The position numbers were made by a program, and so were the translations under genes. The notes under the pieces are model-generated. The model saw nothing but the letters and a program-made list of their open reading frames with translations, did not search any database and was not told the DNA's origin. Below are positions 10,824-21,380 of a DNA stretch of 64,000 bases, in pieces. Position 1 is the stretch's first letter. Every line of letters starts with the position of its first letter. The stretch comes from an uncultured Bacilli bacterium (GTDB lineage: Bacteria; Bacillota_I; Bacilli_A; RF39; UBA660). Location of the stretch: the NCBI GenBank assembly GCA_934098345.1, contig CAKONX010000001.1:9510-73509 (forward strand), written 5' to 3'.

Positions 10824-11657
10824 CTACTCCCACATTAATATCATTTTGTTTAAAATTAATTCTTTATTTAAATTGAATTTAAATTCACCTTGAATTTGTT
10901 CAATCAATGTTATTCTTTTAGCTAATATTTTTATATCATTAATATCTACACTTACTAAAATTTGTTCAATTAATGATTTATCACAATTTAATTGATTTAA
11001 TAAATAATCATACTTTATTATATACGCTTTTCTTAATATATCAAGTATTGTTTCAATTTCAAATCTTTCTTTTTTAGCAATTTGTTTTACATGATTCATT
11101 AATATATATTTTTTAGTTGAATTTAATTTAAAAGCAAAATCCATTGTTTCTTCAAAATATTTATATTGTTCTTCAGTTATAGATAATACATCTTTAATAT
11201 CTTCAAACTTGTAATTTATCTTAAATAATTCACATCTACTTTTTATAGTAGGTAATATTTTTGAAACAGAAGTAGTTATAAAAAAACCTACAATGTTCTT
11301 TTCTGGTTCTTCTAAAAACTTCAAAATTTTATTAGCAGAAGACAAATTTAATTTTTCTGCTTCCTTTATAATATATATTGAATAACTTCCCATTATTGAA
11401 GTAGTAGAAAAAGTATCAATTATATTTTCAATTTGAAAAACTTTAATTTCTTTTCCATCTGGTTCAACTGAAATTAAATCTGGAAAATTATTATTATCAA
11501 TTAAATTATCATACTCATGATTTGTAATAACTTTTATAATATTTAATACATCTTCATAACATTTAGTGATATTGTTTGTTTCAAACAAAAAAGCATGAGA
11601 ATTTTTTTTCTCAAGAAATGTTTTTTCTATATTTTTAATTATTGCTTCTTTGTCCAT
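10824..11657 (-). CDS. holB: DNA polymerase III delta' subunit
   Basis: 277 aa AAA+-like clamp-loader fold lacking an intact Walker A; placed between recR/dnaX and yaaT. Confidence 0.65.
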   Translation of the reverse strand: MDKEAIIKNIEKTFLEKKNSHAFLFETNNITKCYEDVLNIIKVITNHEYDNLIDNNNFPDLISVEPDGKEIKVFQIENIIDTFSTTSIMGSYSIYIIKEAEKLNLSSANKILKFLEEPEKNIVGFFITTSVSKILPTIKSRCELFKINYKFEDIKDVLSITEEQYKYFEETMDFAFKLNSTKKYILMNHVKQIAKKERFEIETILDILRKAYIIKYDYLLNQLNCDKSLIEQILVSVDINDIKILAKRITLIEQIQGEFKFNLNKELILNKMILMWE

Positions 11658-11661
11658 ATCA

Positions 11662-11850
11662 TCACCAAAAAAATTTATATGCTAATATTCCATAAATTAT
11701 TAAGCCAGGAAATCCTAGTATTGAAGTTACTATTAAACTAAAATAATTTATTGGAACATAATAACCAAGTTTTACTAAAATTATATTTAAACTATAAATT
11801 GTAATTGTTGAAAACAAAACGTTTTTTAACATTTTTTTTATTTTATTCAT
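11662..11850 (-). CDS. small membrane protein, possible BofA/YaaL-like
   Basis: 62 aa, two TM segments, GFPGL motif; B. subtilis has yaaL-bofA downstream of recR. Confidence 0.3.
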   Translation of the reverse strand: MNKIKKMLKNVLFSTITIYSLNIILVKLGYYVPINYFSLIVTSILGFPGLIIYGILAYKFFW

Positions 11851-11889
11851 GTAATCACCATATTACAATATATTTAAATAAATATTTCT

Positions 11890-12486
11890 TTATGATATTT
11901 CTTTTCTATCTAATAATGCTTGATCTAAAGTTAAGGAATCTAAATAATCAATTTCAACTCCCATTGGAATACCATAAGATAATCTTGTAACTTTTATATT
12001 TTTATCTTCTAATATTTTTTTAATATATAATGTTGTAGTTTTTCCTTCAATTGAAGATTTTAAAGCTACAATAACTTCAGCATTTTCAACTCCATCTAAT
12101 CTACTAACTAAACTAGATAAATTAATATCTTCTGGATAAATACCATCCATAGGAGATATAAGTCCATTAAGTACATGATATTTTCCATTAAATGTTCCAG
12201 ACTTTTCAAACATAAATACACTTTTATAATCTTCTACTACACATATTAAATCATTTCTTCTATGTTCATTTTCACAAATATAACAAATTTCAGAATCTGT
12301 TAAATGTCCGCATATTTTGCATCTATGTAATTTGCTTTTACAGTCTTTTATTGCTTCAACAAAATTATCAATATCTTCATCACTTAATTCAATTAAAGCG
12401 AGTGCATTTCTCTCAGCACTTTTTTCTCCTACACCAGGTAATTTTTTAAATGAATTTATTACATTATTTAAACTGCTTGGATACAT
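11890..12486 (-). CDS. recR: recombination protein RecR
   Basis: C4 zinc finger CKICGHLTDSEICYIC, HhH and Toprim regions. Confidence 0.9.
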   Translation of the reverse strand: MYPSSLNNVINSFKKLPGVGEKSAERNALALIELSDEDIDNFVEAIKDCKSKLHRCKICGHLTDSEICYICENEHRRNDLICVVEDYKSVFMFEKSGTFNGKYHVLNGLISPMDGIYPEDINLSSLVSRLDGVENAEVIVALKSSIEGKTTTLYIKKILEDKNIKVTRLSYGIPMGVEIDYLDSLTLDQALLDRKEIS

Positions 12487-12487
12487 A

Positions 12488-12787
12488 TTAAATCAATCCA
12501 CCTAGTTGTTTACCATACATTCCAAGTTTAGATTCAATATCACGTTCAATTTTTGTAACTGCATCATTAAATGCAATTTTAACCATATCTTCTAAAATAT
12601 CAAGATCATCTGCATCAAAATTTTCCATCTTTTTAAATTTTACACTTTTTAATTTTTTATCACCAGTTAATATTACATCAACTAATTCAGATGAACCAGT
12701 GTATTCTGTTCCATATATTTCTTGTTGTTTTCTTTCTATATCTTTTTGCATTCTTTGGGCTTGTGCCATTAAATTATTCATATTCAT
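12488..12787 (-). CDS. ybaB: nucleoid-associated protein YbaB/EbfC
   Basis: 99 aa, MNMNNLMAQAQRMQ start typical of the family, between dnaX and recR. Confidence 0.85.
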   Translation of the reverse strand: MNMNNLMAQAQRMQKDIERKQQEIYGTEYTGSSELVDVILTGDKKLKSVKFKKMENFDADDLDILEDMVKIAFNDAVTKIERDIESKLGMYGKQLGGLI

Positions 12788-12798
12788 ATTTATCTCTC

Positions 12799-14391
12799 CT
12801 ATTCCATATTCACATTATTTGTGCCAAATATACTTTCTGCAAGTTGGCACGAATTATCATCTTTATTAATGAATCCTGATTCATCTATTATTTCATATTT
12901 TTTTTCTTTATCGTATGTTGTTAAAAACTTTTTCCATTCTTGTTCATTTAAAAATATAAATTTATATTCTTTATCAGTAACTTTTTTAAATAGTATTTCT
13001 AACTCATGTAATTTTTTATTACCAATAATTTTTGAACTCTCACTTTTTGTGACTAATAAAGCATAAGAATTTGATACTATTTGAGGTACTGAATTTTTCA
13101 CTATATTTCTAAATTCTTTCTCATCATTATTTTCTAAATAATTATAAAAGTTTTTCCAAAGTTCAATAAATGCTATTTTATTTTCTTTACTTGCATTGAC
13201 TAAAGCATTATTAGTTCTAACATCAATAAACTCTTTATCTACTTTATAGTAACCTGAATCATTACTATTTAACATATTGTTTACGTCAATTTTCATGTCT
13301 TTTGAAATTATTTCCCGGGAAATAATTTGATTAATATCTCGACTGCTTAAATTAACTTCATCATCATTAATAAAAGATATTAATTCAAGTTCCAACATTA
13401 AGAAACCATTTGAGTTACTATTTATTTTTCCAAGTAACTCGTTTAATGAATTGATAATTTTTCTTAATTGTTTAAAGGCATTGTTACTTACTCCTTTTTG
13501 TTTAAAGCTAATTGCTTTATTTAAAAAATATTCAATCATTTTATCCAGTAATAGTTTAATATCTATACCGCTCATTTTAATTTCATTTAGTTTTAGAAGT
13601 AAGCTATCTAAATCATTATGTAAGATAGAAACATATATTTTTTCTATATCATCATCTGTTATGGTTCCATAATTTTCTTTAATTATATCTATAGTAATTT
13701 CATCACTTATCTTAGATAGTTGATCTAATATACTTAAAGCATCACGCATACAACCATCTGATAAAAATGCTATTTCCGTTAAAGCTTCTTCAGAACATTT
13801 TATGTCTTCTTCTTTGCAAATATTATTAAGATGTTCCTTAATTTCATTTCTATCAATTCTTTGAAAATCAAATCTTTGGCATCTAGATAAAACAGTTATA
13901 GGAACTTTTTGAATTTCTGTTGTTGCTAAAATAAATATGACATTATGAGGAGGTTCCTCAAGAGTTTTTAAAAAAGCATTCCAAGCACTTGTTGATAGCA
14001 TATGAACTTCATCAATAATATATATTTTGTATTTGCTATTAGTTGGAGCAATATTTACTGAATCAACAATATTTCTTATATCATCAACGCTATTATTACT
14101 AGCTGCATCAAGTTCTATTATATCTGGATTTTGATTAAAATTTTTGCAGTTTTCACATTCTCCACAAGATATTCCATCTTTAGGATTTAAACAATTTAAA
14201 GCACGAGCAAATATTTTAGCTGTACTTGTTTTACCTGTGCCTCTAGGCCCAGTAAAAATATAAGCATGTGCAATTTTATCATTTATAATGGAATTAACTA
14301 ATATTTTTTTTATAGAATTTTGTCCAACCAAATGATTAAAATCACTTGGCCTATATTTTCTGTATAAAACCTTGTAGTCCATAAGATTCAC
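12799..14391 (-). CDS. dnaX: DNA polymerase III subunits gamma/tau
   Basis: Walker A GPRGTGKTS, Zn-binding CGECENC, clamp-loader SRC-like motif. Confidence 0.9.
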   Translation of the reverse strand: MNLMDYKVLYRKYRPSDFNHLVGQNSIKKILVNSIINDKIAHAYIFTGPRGTGKTSTAKIFARALNCLNPKDGISCGECENCKNFNQNPDIIELDAASNNSVDDIRNIVDSVNIAPTNSKYKIYIIDEVHMLSTSAWNAFLKTLEEPPHNVIFILATTEIQKVPITVLSRCQRFDFQRIDRNEIKEHLNNICKEEDIKCSEEALTEIAFLSDGCMRDALSILDQLSKISDEITIDIIKENYGTITDDDIEKIYVSILHNDLDSLLLKLNEIKMSGIDIKLLLDKMIEYFLNKAISFKQKGVSNNAFKQLRKIINSLNELLGKINSNSNGFLMLELELISFINDDEVNLSSRDINQIISREIISKDMKIDVNNMLNSNDSGYYKVDKEFIDVRTNNALVNASKENKIAFIELWKNFYNYLENNDEKEFRNIVKNSVPQIVSNSYALLVTKSESSKIIGNKKLHELEILFKKVTDKEYKFIFLNEQEWKKFLTTYDKEKKYEIIDESGFINKDDNSCQLAESIFGTNNVNME

Positions 14392-14416
14392 CTAGGTAAA
14401 TTATATCATATTAGGC

Positions 14417-14830
14417 TTATCTGTTACAATTATCTTTAAAAAATTGTGTCAACATTTCTTTATATTTACTAACTTTATCTTCGTCAGTATTAATCAAACA
14501 AATGTTTGTTTTGCCAAATTGTTTTTTATTTTCATTTCTTGGTATTAAATAGTATACATTTTTTATGCGTGCCTCTTTTATAACTGTCATACACATTTCA
14601 CATGGTTCTAAAGTAACATATAGATCACAGTCAAATAAACGAAAATCTTTTAATTTCCTATTTGCTTTAGATATAGCACTTATTTCTGCATGATTAATTG
14701 TTAAATTATTCTTTATTCTATCATTATGAGCTTTAGAAATAATTTTACCATCTTTGACAATTATTGCTGCTACTGGGATATCTTTATGTTTTTTTGCTTT
14801 TAAAGATTCTTTAATTAATTCTTCTACCAT
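14417..14830 (-). CDS. tadA: tRNA-specific adenosine deaminase TadA
   Basis: HAE...PCEMC deaminase zinc motif; start placed at MVEEL with GGAGG RBS (ORF track starts 12 codons upstream inside the SRP RNA 3' end). Confidence 0.85.
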   Translation of the reverse strand: MVEELIKESLKAKKHKDIPVAAIIVKDGKIISKAHNDRIKNNLTINHAEISAISKANRKLKDFRLFDCDLYVTLEPCEMCMTVIKEARIKNVYYLIPRNENKKQFGKTNICLINTDEDKVSKYKEMLTQFFKDNCNR

Positions 14831-14850
14831 GTTTCCTCCATATTTATATA

Positions 14851-14930
14851 TAAAAAAAGCACACACAATTAGAGGTTATTATGGCTGCTGTATTCCTACT
14901 CTGACCAGGTTCTAACATAATTGTTGTGCA
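14851..14930 (-). ncRNA. ffs: small (4.5S-type) signal recognition particle RNA
   Basis: Minus strand: GCACAACAAUUAUGUUAGAACCUGGUCAGAGUAGGAAUACAGCAGCCAUAAUAACCUCUAAUUGUGUGUGC + U7; long imperfect hairpin with domain IV-like CCUGGUCAG...GGAA.ACAGCAGCC resembling CCAGGUCAGG..GGAAGCAGCC; sits next to tadA/dnaX as scr does in B. subtilis. Confidence 0.5.
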
Positions 14931-15048
14931 AGTTAATTATAGCAGATTATGAATTGTTAATCAATACATTTTAACCAATTTACAAATATTTAAAATTTGT
15001 TGTAACTAGTGTTGCAGATTTTAATTATTTGCTTATATAATTATTTTA

Positions 15049-15066
15049 ATGTTTCACGTGAAACAT
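15049..15066. promoter_or_regulatory. parS site 1
   Basis: ATGTTTCACGTGAAACAT. Confidence 0.85.
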
Positions 15067-15139
15067 CAAGATGAAAACCGCTTTTTAATATTTTTAAAAT
15101 ATATAACGATTTATCAATTAGTTTATTAATTATAATTCA

Positions 15140-15157
15140 ATGTTTCACGTGAAACAT
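15140..15157. promoter_or_regulatory. parS site 2 (within 22-bp palindrome CAATG...CATTG)
   Basis: ATGTTTCACGTGAAACAT. Confidence 0.85.
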
Positions 15158-15250
15158 TGAGCTTATATATTTTTTCATAATCAGTATTTTAATAACAAAA
15201 TTTATTATTATCATTATTTTTATTGTCTTAATTCAAGTTATTTCTTTTTA

Positions 15251-15268
15251 ATGTTTCACGTGAAACAT
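15251..15268. promoter_or_regulatory. parS site 3 (within 24-bp palindrome)
   Basis: ATGTTTCACGTGAAACAT. Confidence 0.85.
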
Positions 15269-15391
15269 TAAAAAATAATTATATGTTTAATTAATTTAGT
15301 TAATAATTGATAAATACTTATATTTTATTAAAAAATTATTTTAAAAACGAGTAAAATATATAAATTTTAATATTTTTTTATATATATTACT

Positions 15392-15409
15392 ATGTTTCAC
15401 GTGAAACAT
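15392..15409. promoter_or_regulatory. parS site 4 (within palindrome ACTATG...CATAGT)
   Basis: ATGTTTCACGTGAAACAT. Confidence 0.85.
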
Positions 15410-15498
15410 AGTAATATTATTCAGATTCAGTTAAAAATACATTACTTATAATTATTTATAAGTATTTATAATTAGTTTCTATTTATTTTTAAATTTTA

Positions 15499-15516
15499 AT
15501 GTTTCACGTGAAACAT
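15499..15516. promoter_or_regulatory. parS site 5 (within 28-bp palindrome TTTTAATG...CATTAAAA)
   Basis: ATGTTTCACGTGAAACAT. Confidence 0.85.
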
Positions 15517-15599
15517 TAAAATCTTTATAATTTTATTAATACATATTTATATTTTAAATTATTAGCATATAAAATATTTTGTTTTATAATTTTAACTAT

Positions 15600-15617
15600 A
15601 TGTTTCACGTGAAACAT
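15600..15617. promoter_or_regulatory. parS site 6 (within palindrome CTATATG...CATATAG)
   Basis: ATGTTTCACGTGAAACAT. Confidence 0.85.
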
Positions 15618-15696
15618 ATAGCTCTATTTTTTATTAAAATAGAGTGACATTTTTTAAATAACTTTTTTTATTAAAAAAATATAAAATAATTTACTA

Positions 15697-15714
15697 ATGT
15701 TTCACGTGAAACAT
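15697..15714. promoter_or_regulatory. parS site 7
   Basis: ATGTTTCACGTGAAACAT. Confidence 0.85.
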
Positions 15715-15817
15715 TGGATGATTATATAATAACTGTTTTGTCAATGCACAAATTTTAAATTTTTGCGCTGTTAATAATTTCAGATTTTAAATATTTGTCT
15801 TTCAAAAAAAGAAGAAA

Positions 15818-18262
15818 CTATTCAGTTTCTTCTTCAAAGTTTTCTTCCGCTTCTTTATCCAATATACTTATTGTCGAAACATATTGATTATCTTTAAGGT
15901 TAATTAACTTAACACCTTGTGTTACTCTACCTAATTGAGATATTTGATCTATTCCCATTCTAATAGCCATTCCAGATTCAGTTATCATTAATAAGTCTTT
16001 ATCATTGTTTACTATTTTATGAGCTATCATTTCACCGTTTTTATCAGTAACGTTTAAGGCTTTTACTCCTTTGCTGCCACGTTTAGTCATTCTATACTCA
16101 CTTATTAAAGTTTTCTTTCCATAACCAAATTTAGTAACAATTAACAAGTTATCATCATCTTTACCAACTTCCATGCCAGTACATTTATAACCGCCATCTA
16201 AGTTAATACCTTTAACTCCACTAGCAGTTCTTCCCATTGGTCTAACCTCATTTTCATTAAATACAACCATACGACCAGATGTAGATCCAAGAATTACTTT
16301 ATTAATTCCATCAGAAAGTTTAACATCTATTAATTCATCACCATCTTTAAGTGAAATAGCAATCTTTCCACTCGTACGTATGTTTGCATAATCTTCCACT
16401 GCAGTTTTCTTAACTAATCCATCTCTTGTAGCAAAAATTAGATATTTGTTATCATTTTCATTACTAATACTTATAATTGAATTAATTTTTTCATCTTTTT
16501 CAATTTGAAGTAAGTTAATAATTGGTAAACCTTTAGCTTGTCTACTATATTCTGGGATTTCATATCCTTTTAGTCTATAAACTTTACCTTTATTAGTAAA
16601 GAATAGTATATAGTCATGAGTTGACGCATTAACTAGATACTTAACATAATCTTCTTCGTTAGTAGACATTCCTTTTATTCCTACTCCGCCTCTATGTTGA
16701 GATTTAAATGTTGATGAAACGCATCTCTTAATATAACCTTTATCTGATATAGTTACTATTATATCTTCTTCTGGTATTAAGGATTCATCTTCAATATAAT
16801 CTATTGCAGTCATATCAATGTTAGTTCTTCTTTCATCAGCATATTTAGCTTTGATTTCAAGTAATTCCTTCTTGATTATATCTAATACTTTTTGTTCACT
16901 TGCTAAAATTTCTTTTAATTCTTTAATTTGTTCAATTAAATCAGCAAGTTCATTCTCAATTTTATCTCTTTCTAGACCTGTTAATCTACGAAGTTTTAAT
17001 TCTAGAATTGCATTTGCTTGAATTTCATCAAATCCAAATCTTTGAATCAATTTTTCACGAGCAATTACATCAGTTTCTGCTTCTTTTATGATTTTTATAA
17101 CTTCATCTATATTATCAAGAGCAATTTTATATCCTTCTAAAATATGAACTCTTTCTTCTTTTTTTCTAAGATCAAATTTAGTTCTTCTAATTATAACTTC
17201 TTTTTGGAAATCAATATATTTAGAAATAATTTCTTTAATGTTTAAAACTTTTGGAGTTCCATTATCTATCATTAAGAAAATAATACCAAAAGTAGATTGT
17301 AATTGTGTATGTTTATATAAATTGTTTAAAACTACTTGTGGATTTGCCTCTTTTTTAAGAGTAATAATTATATTAACACCCTTTTCAAGACTTGTTGCAT
17401 CATGATAATCTGCAATTCCATCTAAAATTTTATCTCTAACTAATTCACCTATTCTAGTTTTAAGATCAAAAGTATTGATTCCATAAGGAAGTTCTGTTAT
17501 TACAATTCTATTTTTTCCATTATTTTCATCAATTTCAGCTTTACAACGAATAGTAATTGTTCCTCTACCAGTTTCATAAGCTTTTTTTATACCACTGTTA
17601 CCTAAAATAATTCCACCAGTTGGAAAATCTGGGCCTTTCAACTTTTCCATAATTTCTGGAATAGTTATTTCATGATTATCTATATATGCAACGCATCCAT
17701 CAATTACTTCACCTAAGTTATGTGGGGGTATATTAGTTGCCATACCAACGGCAATTCCCATAGTTCCATTAACTAAGATATTTGGAAATCTTGAAGGTAA
17801 AACTTCTGGTTCCATTTCAGTTTCATCAAAGTTAGGAATCATATTTACTGTTTCTTTGTTTAAGTCACGAAGCAATTCTAATGAAATTTTAGCAAGTCTA
17901 GATTCGGTATAACGCATTGCTGCTGCTCCATCGCCATCCATATTACCAAAGTTTCCGTGTCCATCAATTAGCATATGTCTATAACTAAAATCTTGAGCCA
18001 TTCTAACCATAGCTTCATAAATTGAAGAATCACCATGTGGGTGATATTTTCCCATAACGTCACCAACAACACGTGCACATTTACGATATTGTTTATCTGG
18101 TGTATAACCATTTTCATACATTGAATAAAGAATTCTTCTATGAACTGGTTTTAAACCATCTCTTAAATCTGGTAAAGCTCTGGCAACTATAACACTCATC
18201 GAATAATCAAGAAATGATTCTTGAACTTCTGTAACAATATTATTTTGATTAATCTTATCCAT
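15818..18262 (-). CDS. gyrA: DNA gyrase subunit A
   Basis: 814 aa; QRDR region ...[17 protein letters not shown]..., active-site Tyr region AAAMRYTE, C-terminal beta-pinwheel repeats. Confidence 0.95.
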   Translation of the reverse strand: MDKINQNNIVTEVQESFLDYSMSVIVARALPDLRDGLKPVHRRILYSMYENGYTPDKQYRKCARVVGDVMGKYHPHGDSSIYEAMVRMAQDFSYRHMLIDGHGNFGNMDGDGAAAMRYTESRLAKISLELLRDLNKETVNMIPNFDETEMEPEVLPSRFPNILVNGTMGIAVGMATNIPPHNLGEVIDGCVAYIDNHEITIPEIMEKLKGPDFPTGGIILGNSGIKKAYETGRGTITIRCKAEIDENNGKNRIVITELPYGINTFDLKTRIGELVRDKILDGIADYHDATSLEKGVNIIITLKKEANPQVVLNNLYKHTQLQSTFGIIFLMIDNGTPKVLNIKEIISKYIDFQKEVIIRRTKFDLRKKEERVHILEGYKIALDNIDEVIKIIKEAETDVIAREKLIQRFGFDEIQANAILELKLRRLTGLERDKIENELADLIEQIKELKEILASEQKVLDIIKKELLEIKAKYADERRTNIDMTAIDYIEDESLIPEEDIIVTISDKGYIKRCVSSTFKSQHRGGVGIKGMSTNEEDYVKYLVNASTHDYILFFTNKGKVYRLKGYEIPEYSRQAKGLPIINLLQIEKDEKINSIISISNENDNKYLIFATRDGLVKKTAVEDYANIRTSGKIAISLKDGDELIDVKLSDGINKVILGSTSGRMVVFNENEVRPMGRTASGVKGINLDGGYKCTGMEVGKDDDNLLIVTKFGYGKKTLISEYRMTKRGSKGVKALNVTDKNGEMIAHKIVNNDKDLLMITESGMAIRMGIDQISQLGRVTQGVKLINLKDNQYVSTISILDKEAEENFEEETE

Positions 18263-18272
18263 ACCTTACCTC

Positions 18273-20213
18273 CTATATATCCAAGTTTTGAACAAAATGA
18301 GCATTTTCTTCAATGAATTTTCTTCTTGGTTCAACATCTTCACCCATAAGTGTTTCAAAAACCTTATCAGCAGCAACTAAATCTTCAACTGTAATTTGTC
18401 TTAAAATTCTATTTTCTTTTGACATTGTTGTTTCTTTTAACTCGGCTGCATTCATTTCTCCTAAACCTTTAAATCTTTGAACTTCGTAGCTTTTACCATT
18501 TAAAGATTCAATATATTCGTTATATTCATTATCATCTAGGACATATTTTATTGTTTTTCCACAAGTTACCTTATATAAAGGTGGTGTTGCAGAATAAACA
18601 TGTCCTGCTTCTACAATTGGTTTAAAGAATCTATAGAATAATGTTAATAATAATATTCTAATATGTGAACCATCAACATCGGCATCGGTCATGATTATAA
18701 TTTTGTCATATCTTAACTTAGATAAATCGAATTCATCACCAATTCCTGTACCAAAAGCAGTTATAATAGTTCTAATTTCGGCATTTTCAAGGGCACGATC
18801 TAGTCTTGCTTTTTCAACATTTAATATTTTACCTCTTAATGGAAGTATAGCTTGAGTCATTGAATCTCTTCCTGTTTTAGCACTTCCACCAGCTGAATCT
18901 CCCTCGACTAAGAATATTTCACATTCACTTCTATCTTTGCTCTTACAATCAGATAGTTTTCCCATAAATCCAGGTAGATCCAAATCTGTTTTTCTTCTAG
19001 TAACTTCACGTGCTTTCTTAGCTGCAAGTCTTGCATGGCTAGCAATAATACATTTTTCAACAATAGTTCTAGCATTATCAGGATTTTCCATTAAAAATCT
19101 TTCAAATCCTTTTGAGAAAACACTGTCAGCAAGTTTTCTTACTTCAGAGTTTCCCAGTCTTCCTTTTGTTTGACCTTCAAATTGAGGATTTGGATGTTTA
19201 CAAGAAATAATCATTGTTAATCCTTCTTTAACATCATCACCAGTTAAACTATCATCTTTTTCTTTAAGCATATTAGTTTTTCTAGCATAATTATTTATTA
19301 CTCTAGTTAAAGCACGTCTTACTCCTTCTTCGTGTGTTCCACCATCATGTGTATTAATATTATTAACAAATGAATAAATATTATCTTGATAAGAAGTATT
19401 ATATTGCATTGCAACTTCGAAAAATACGCCCTCTTCTTCACCTTCTAAATGAATAATTTGATCATGAATAGGAGTCTTATTTTTATTTAAAAACTTAACA
19501 TATTCAGAAATTCCACCTTCATAAAGGAAAGTTTCTCCCGTTGTATCTTCATCATCACGGTCATCTCTAATATTAATTGATAAGCCTTTATTTAAGAATG
19601 CAAGTTCTCTTATTCTTACCTTCAAAGTTTCATAATCGTAAACATCTGTATCAAAAATAGTTGGATCTGGTTTAAAAGTTACTGTTGTACCTGTACGATG
19701 TGGTTCACATTCACCAATAACATGTAATGGTTCCTTAGTATGTCCACCATTTTCAAAACGAATATAATTGATTTTTCCATCTTTATATACTCTTACTTCA
19801 CACCAACTAGATAAGGCATTAACAACACTAGCACCTACACCATGTAGACCACCAGATACTTTGTATCCTCCTCCACCAAATTTTCCACCAGCATGTAATA
19901 CGGTATAAACTGTTTCAACTGTTGAAATATGTGTTTTAGGATGTATACCTATTGGAATTCCTCTACCATCATCTTTTACAGTAATAGAATTATCTTTATT
20001 AATTACTACTTCAATATTATTACAATATCCAGCTAATGCTTCATCTATTGCATTATCAACAATTTCCCAAACTAGATGGTGTAATCCTTTAACATCAGTA
20101 GTGCCTATATACATACCTGGTCTTTTTCTAACAGCCTCTAATCCTTCCAAAACTTGAATATCGGTTGCATCATAATGTTCATTATTCATAAATACCCTCC
20201 TCAACAACTCCAT
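18273..20213 (-). CDS. gyrB: DNA gyrase subunit B
   Basis: 646 aa; GHKL ATPase (EIVDNAIDE), Toprim ([20 protein letters not shown]). Confidence 0.95.
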   Translation of the reverse strand: MELLRRVFMNNEHYDATDIQVLEGLEAVRKRPGMYIGTTDVKGLHHLVWEIVDNAIDEALAGYCNNIEVVINKDNSITVKDDGRGIPIGIHPKTHISTVETVYTVLHAGGKFGGGGYKVSGGLHGVGASVVNALSSWCEVRVYKDGKINYIRFENGGHTKEPLHVIGECEPHRTGTTVTFKPDPTIFDTDVYDYETLKVRIRELAFLNKGLSINIRDDRDDEDTTGETFLYEGGISEYVKFLNKNKTPIHDQIIHLEGEEEGVFFEVAMQYNTSYQDNIYSFVNNINTHDGGTHEEGVRRALTRVINNYARKTNMLKEKDDSLTGDDVKEGLTMIISCKHPNPQFEGQTKGRLGNSEVRKLADSVFSKGFERFLMENPDNARTIVEKCIIASHARLAAKKAREVTRRKTDLDLPGFMGKLSDCKSKDRSECEIFLVEGDSAGGSAKTGRDSMTQAILPLRGKILNVEKARLDRALENAEIRTIITAFGTGIGDEFDLSKLRYDKIIIMTDADVDGSHIRILLLTLFYRFFKPIVEAGHVYSATPPLYKVTCGKTIKYVLDDNEYNEYIESLNGKSYEVQRFKGLGEMNAAELKETTMSKENRILRQITVEDLVAADKVFETLMGEDVEPRRKFIEENAHFVQNLDI

Positions 20214-21279
20214 CTGCTACATAAAATATTTTACTATCAGTTTTTATCTTATTATCAATTTTATTTAATTCTGTAGTTGTAATAAAAGTCTGAATATCAT
20301 CATCTATAAAATGCATGATATTATTTATCTTTTCTTCATCTAACTCACTAAATAAATCATCTAATATCAATATAGGAGTAACGTTTTTTTCTTTTCTAAA
20401 AATTTCAATTTCTGCCATTTTAAATGATATAATTGCATTTTTTTGTTCACCTTCTGAACCATAATCTTTTAAATTAACCTCATTTAATTCAAAAACATAG
20501 TCATCTTTATGAACACCATTATTAGTCTTACCTAAAATAATATCCTTTTTTTCATCCTTTTTATAACTATCAAGTATTTGTTCTCTAGTCATATCTTTAA
20601 AATAGGAATCATATTTTAGTTTTAAACCACTTTTTCCAGTAATTTCCAAGTAATTTTTTTCAATATAACTATTAATATCGTTAATAAAGTCCATTCTATA
20701 GTCATATATTTTGATACCTAAATCAACTAACTGTTCAGTCAAAATATCCAAATAACTAATTGGAGCATTACCATTTAAATATAAAGTTTTTAAGTACAAA
20801 TTTCTTTGTTTTAATACTTTATTATATAAAGTTAATACTTTAAGATAATCATTACTAAATTGGCTTAGTTCAATATTAATAAGTTTTCTTCGAACACTTG
20901 GAGTATCTTTTATTAAAAGTAAATCATGTGAAGTAAATAAAACTATATTTATTCTTGATAAATAATCACTTATCTTATCAATTTTTTTATTATTAATTTT
21001 TACAGTTTTATCATTTTCTTTTAAAATAACTTTATAATCATTCTTGTAATTATCTAAAATAGTGCCTTCAACTCTAGTTAAATCAGTATTATATTTAATA
21101 ACAACGTTTTCTTTAGATCCTCTAAAAGACTTAGTAAAAGCGAGAACATATATAGCTTCAACTATATTTGTCTTCCCCATTCCATTTTTTCCGATTATCA
21201 AATTCTTTTTAGGGTCAAAACTAAAACTTAATTTTTCATAATTTCTAAAATTAAGCAATTTTAAATCTAAAATTTTCAT
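20182..21279 (-). CDS. recF: DNA replication and repair protein RecF
   Basis: Walker [18 protein letters not shown]-like signature, Walker [12 protein letters not shown]; overlaps gyrB start. Confidence 0.85.
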   Translation of the reverse strand: MKILDLKLLNFRNYEKLSFSFDPKKNLIIGKNGMGKTNIVEAIYVLAFTKSFRGSKENVVIKYNTDLTRVEGTILDNYKNDYKVILKENDKTVKINNKKIDKISDYLSRINIVLFTSHDLLLIKDTPSVRRKLINIELSQFSNDYLKVLTLYNKVLKQRNLYLKTLYLNGNAPISYLDILTEQLVDLGIKIYDYRMDFINDINSYIEKNYLEITGKSGLKLKYDSYFKDMTREQILDSYKKDEKKDIILGKTNNGVHKDDYVFELNEVNLKDYGSEGEQKNAIISFKMAEIEIFRKEKNVTPILILDDLFSELDEEKINNIMHFIDDDIQTFITTTELNKIDNKIKTDSKIFYVADGVVEEGIYE

Positions 21280-21380
21280 TTTTACCCCCTAATTTCAATT
21301 TTAAAAGATTTTCACATATTTGTGTACTCCTATACACATATTAATTATATCATATTTTAATACACAAAAAAAGGAAAAAT

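Larger units (their letters stand above)
15049..15714. repeat. array of 7 perfect parS centromere sites (ATGTTTCACGTGAAACAT) in a 0.9 kb non-coding AT-rich region
   Basis: Seven identical 18-bp palindromes at 15049, 15140, 15251, 15392, 15499, 15600, 15697; core TGTTTCACGTGAAACA equals the Firmicute parS consensus; no ORF >=60 aa in 14931-15817. Confidence 0.85.

Noticed and set aside
15049-15714. Regular repeat array considered as a CRISPR locus
   Set aside because: The repeats are perfect palindromes of 18 bp. The spacers are 73-123 bp, irregular and almost pure A/T. There are no cas genes nearby. The motif equals the ParB-binding parS consensus.
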